Assembly: GCA_003558085.1 (NCBI GenBank)
Contig: PWMT01000090.1
Span: forward strand, 1-20,607
Source of the DNA: Methanobacteriaceae archaeon
GTDB taxonomy: Archaea; Methanobacteriota; Methanobacteria; Methanobacteriales; Methanobacteriaceae
Length of the DNA stretch: 20,607 nt
Direction of reading: 5' to 3'
Translations under genes and position numbers: made by a program
Notes under the pieces: model-generated
The model's input: only the letters and a program-made list of their open reading frames with translations
Database searches by the model: none
Told to the model about the DNA's origin: nothing
Shown: positions 19,051 through 20,607 of the stretch, one piece after another
Numbering within the stretch: the stretch's first letter is position 1
Layout: each line of letters opens with the position of its first letter

Positions 19051-19305
19051 TTAATCCTGCTGGGGATTTATAGATATCTGATAATCCTGAATGACCGGGT
19101 TACACAGTAATTTCTCACACATATCTTCCACTTCACTTTTTACCAGTTCCTCATTATCTTTATCCATGGAAAACTTCACTATATCCAAGGTTTCAGTTTT
19201 ATGAACTTCATAACCTAAAAGAGCTAAAGCTCTCTGGATAGTTGAAGCTTCAGGATTAAGCATCCCTTTTTTTAAACTAATCATTACTTCTACATTGTAT
19301 TTCAT
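19051..19305 (-). CDS. purS: Phosphoribosylformylglycinamidine synthase subunit PurS
   Basis: [34 protein letters not shown]; directly upstream of purQ. Confidence 0.96.
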   Translation of the reverse strand: MKYNVEVMISLKKGMLNPEASTIQRALALLGYEVHKTETLDIVKFSMDKDNEELVKSEVEDMCEKLLCNPVIQDYQISINPQQD

Positions 19306-19514
19306 AATATCATCCTCTGTTTACAGCTATCCTGAAATCTAATTAGTTTTTTTATTTAGCTTTGGAGTTAAAGGCTTATATAATATTAATTCAATTATAG
19401 TGATATATTGTGATTTTAATTAAATATAATGATATCCATTAAACTCATAAGAAATTATATATGCTGGGTTAAAAAATCAAGCTATGATCATTTATTAAAT
19501 CTAATGGTGAAATA

Positions 19515-20607
19515 ATGTGTGGAATAGTTGGATGTATCTTAAAAGAGGAAAAGGCTGCACCGATATTATTGGGATGTCTTAAAAAACTTGAATATCGGGG
19601 TTATGATTCAGTAGGTATTGCTACTGTCTCCTCGAAGATAAATGTAAAAAAGGACAACGGAAAAATCAGTGAAGTTGATGAAAAAATAGGTTTATCGCAG
19701 CTACCTGGAAAGATAGGTATTGCACATGTTAGATGGGCCACCCATGGAGTACCTACCAAAATAAATTCCCATCCCCATACTGACTGTAGAGATAATATTG
19801 CGGTAGTTCACAATGGAATAATTGAAAATTTTAAAGAACTTAAAGATGAATTGATAAAAAAAGGACATGTTTTCAAGTCTGAAACAGACACTGAAATATT
19901 ACCACACATTATAGAAGAATACATGTCTTTAGGACATGACCTGGAAAGCGCCTTACGAGAATCCTTAAAAAGGATCAGGGGATCCTATGCTATAGCAGTA
20001 ATGAGTAGCTTAGAACCAGATAAAATTATAGGTGCTCGCAAAGAAAGTCCTTTAATTGTAGGTAAAGGAGAAAAGGAAAATTTCATCGCCTCGGACGCAC
20101 CTGCCATCTTAAAGCATACTAAAAATATTATATATTTAGAAGACCATGAAATGGTGATTCTAGATGGTGAGGAAATAACCATCAAAAATAAGCAAGGTGA
20201 AGTAATCCACAAAGAAATTGATGTGATTGATTGGACCCCGGATATGGCTGAAAAAGGAGGTTATGATCATTTCATGATCAAAGAAATCCATGAACAACCA
20301 GAAGCCATAAAAAATACTCTCATGGAATTAGCATATATTAAAAAGATCGTGGAGAGAATAGGTAAAATAAAAAGAATATGTTTTGTTGCCTGTGGAACCT
20401 CCTATCATGCTTCACTCATTGGTAAATATTTATTAGAAAATCTGGGAGGAATCCCCACCGATGTGATCCTGGCCTCTGAATTTAAATATGCTGCCAATAC
20501 TTTAGATGATAAAACCTTACTTATCTTTATCAGTCAATCTGGTGAAACCGCGGATACACTTAAAGCACTAAAAATAGCTAAACAAAAATCTAAAACACTA
20601 GCCATTG
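19515..20607 (+). CDS. glmS: Glutamine--fructose-6-phosphate aminotransferase GlmS, 5' part; runs off the right edge
   Basis: Not in the ORF track. [81 protein letters not shown]. Confidence 0.97.
   Translation, partial: MCGIVGCILKEEKAAPILLGCLKKLEYRGYDSVGIATVSSKINVKKDNGKISEVDEKIGLSQLPGKIGIAHVRWATHGVPTKINSHPHTDCRDNIAVVHNGIIENFKELKDELIKKGHVFKSETDTEILPHIIEEYMSLGHDLESALRESLKRIRGSYAIAVMSSLEPDKIIGARKESPLIVGKGEKENFIASDAPAILKHTKNIIYLEDHEMVILDGEEITIKNKQGEVIHKEIDVIDWTPDMAEKGGYDHFMIKEIHEQPEAIKNTLMELAYIKKIVERIGKIKRICFVACGTSYHASLIGKYLLENLGGIPTDVILASEFKYAANTLDDKTLLIFISQSGETADTLKALKIAKQKSKTLAI

Noticed and set aside
19306..19514. glmS ribozyme or other structured RNA upstream of glmS
   Set aside because: The region is very AT-rich with no GC-rich stems, and the ribozyme is a bacterial element.
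15553..20212. ORFs 15553-15768, 16471-16671, 17065-17406, 17803-18018 (+) and 19985-20212 (-)
   Set aside because: Antisense shadows of the DHH gene, srp19, hemD, cobA and glmS.

Overview
AT-rich, gene-dense window from a methanogenic archaeon. The proteins and gene order look like Methanobacteriaceae and closely follow, from memory, the Methanothermobacter MTH146-MTH171 region. Left to right: (-) 5' part of a cation P-type ATPase; (-) nadM-moaE-HD dNTPase-ubiX-cbiT; (+) an AtwA/component-A2-like double-NBD ABC ATPase, a flavin reductase and a universal stress protein; (+) an oxygen-defence cluster of three rubredoxins (all missed by the ORF track), flavodiiron protein, ferritin, peroxiredoxin and SOD; (+) phenylacetate-CoA ligase-like gene and an ACT protein; (-) purS-purQ, cobA-hemD-srp19-DHH nuclease and a wHTH regulator; (+) 5' part of glmS. 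I saw no mobile element, CRISPR array, tRNA or rRNA. This is mostly core genome. The best leads are inside proteins: a divergent MoaE ending in a MoaD-like SGG tail, an A2 paralogue lacking the Cys motif and carrying an internal triplication, an HD dNTPase with a clamp-binding-like tail, charge-differentiated rubredoxins, and no purC beside purS-purQ. All are by-eye hypotheses; no searches were run.
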